Shown here one piece after another: positions 63,658 through 64,000 of a stretch of DNA of 64,000 bases (position 1 is the stretch's first letter; every line of letters starts with the position of its first letter). Source of the DNA: Barthelona sp. PCE (taxonomy: Eukaryota); NCBI GenBank assembly GCA_040285745.1, contig JAUFOR010000003.1, positions 248,001 to 312,000 of the forward strand. The letters run 5' to 3'. Both the position numbers and the translations under genes were made by a program. Under the pieces are notes generated by a model. That model worked only from the letters and a program-made list of their open reading frames with translations. It made no database searches and was not told where the DNA came from.

Positions 63658-63730
63658 AGGAATACTGACAGTACGTCAAGTGAGTTTTGGTTATACATCA
63701 ACTTTCACTTATTGTACTGTCAGTATTCCT
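63658..63730. repeat. Perfect 17-bp inverted repeat with an inner stem (73-nt hairpin)
   Basis: AGGAATACTGACAGTAC (63658-63674) and GTACTGTCAGTATTCCT (63714-63730); inner AAGTGA/TCACTT. Confidence 0.95.
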
Positions 63731-63879
63731 CAATTTTTCCGTACCATATCAAAACAAATATGTTCTATTCTGTCTTTATTACAACATCTATTGTTCAAAA
63801 TAGGTGATTTACTGTGATTCCCAATAGTGAAAAAAAGGAAAAGAAAAATTTTTTTTTTAATAAAAGATAACCTGTTGAT

Positions 63880-63999
63880 TTATGGTGCTTTTGACAATTC
63901 TTTGTGATCTTTTGAACCATAACTATAATATGCTTGGTTTTCAAGCAGCAAAAAATAGTTTGTTGATGGATTGACTGCACTAATCATGTATTTAACACC
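63880..63999 (-). CDS. Possible 3' end of a gene entering from the right edge
   Basis: Open frame GVKYMISAVNPSTNYFLLLENQAYYSYGSKDHKELSKAP*, ending in TAAA like most genes here. Confidence 0.4.
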   Translation of the reverse strand, partial: GVKYMISAVNPSTNYFLLLENQAYYSYGSKDHKELSKAP

Positions 64000-64000
64000 A

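Noticed and set aside
1-64000. tRNA and rRNA genes
   Set aside because: No cloverleaf with a T-loop consensus and no rRNA-like stretch was recognised by eye; a tRNAscan-SE/Infernal run would be decisive.

Overview
Very compact, nearly intron-free AT-rich eukaryotic DNA with about 33 protein-coding genes. Intergenic gaps are often under 30 nt. The axonemal dynein, a divergent Tom40 and the gene density suggest an anaerobic flagellate, probably a metamonad with a mitochondrion-related organelle (inference, not a database result). Recognisable genes: outer-arm dynein heavy chain, GAR1, TSR4/PDCD2L, PTAR1-like, OFA-type MFS transporter, dihydropyrimidinase, Fuzzy-like longin, eIF2D, glycyl-tRNA synthetase, KCR/17bHSD12-type SDR, Tom40, UTP5/WDR43, ENT transporter and ABCE1. 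Two apparently lineage-specific families are interspersed: four beta-propeller-like proteins and several helical/winged-HTH-like proteins. Best leads: (1) GlyRS fused to an N-terminal NDK-like domain lacking the catalytic His; (2) a TTT-TGA '+1 shifty stop' that would join a secreted ectodomain to a membrane anchor, where TGA is almost unused as a stop; (3) a tail-to-tail paralog pair with apparently permuted domains, flanked by two hairpins with similar loops; (4) stop codons embedded in TAAA; (5) a candidate Dsn1. No tRNA, rRNA, CRISPR array or transposase was recognised. All family calls are by-eye motif recognition.
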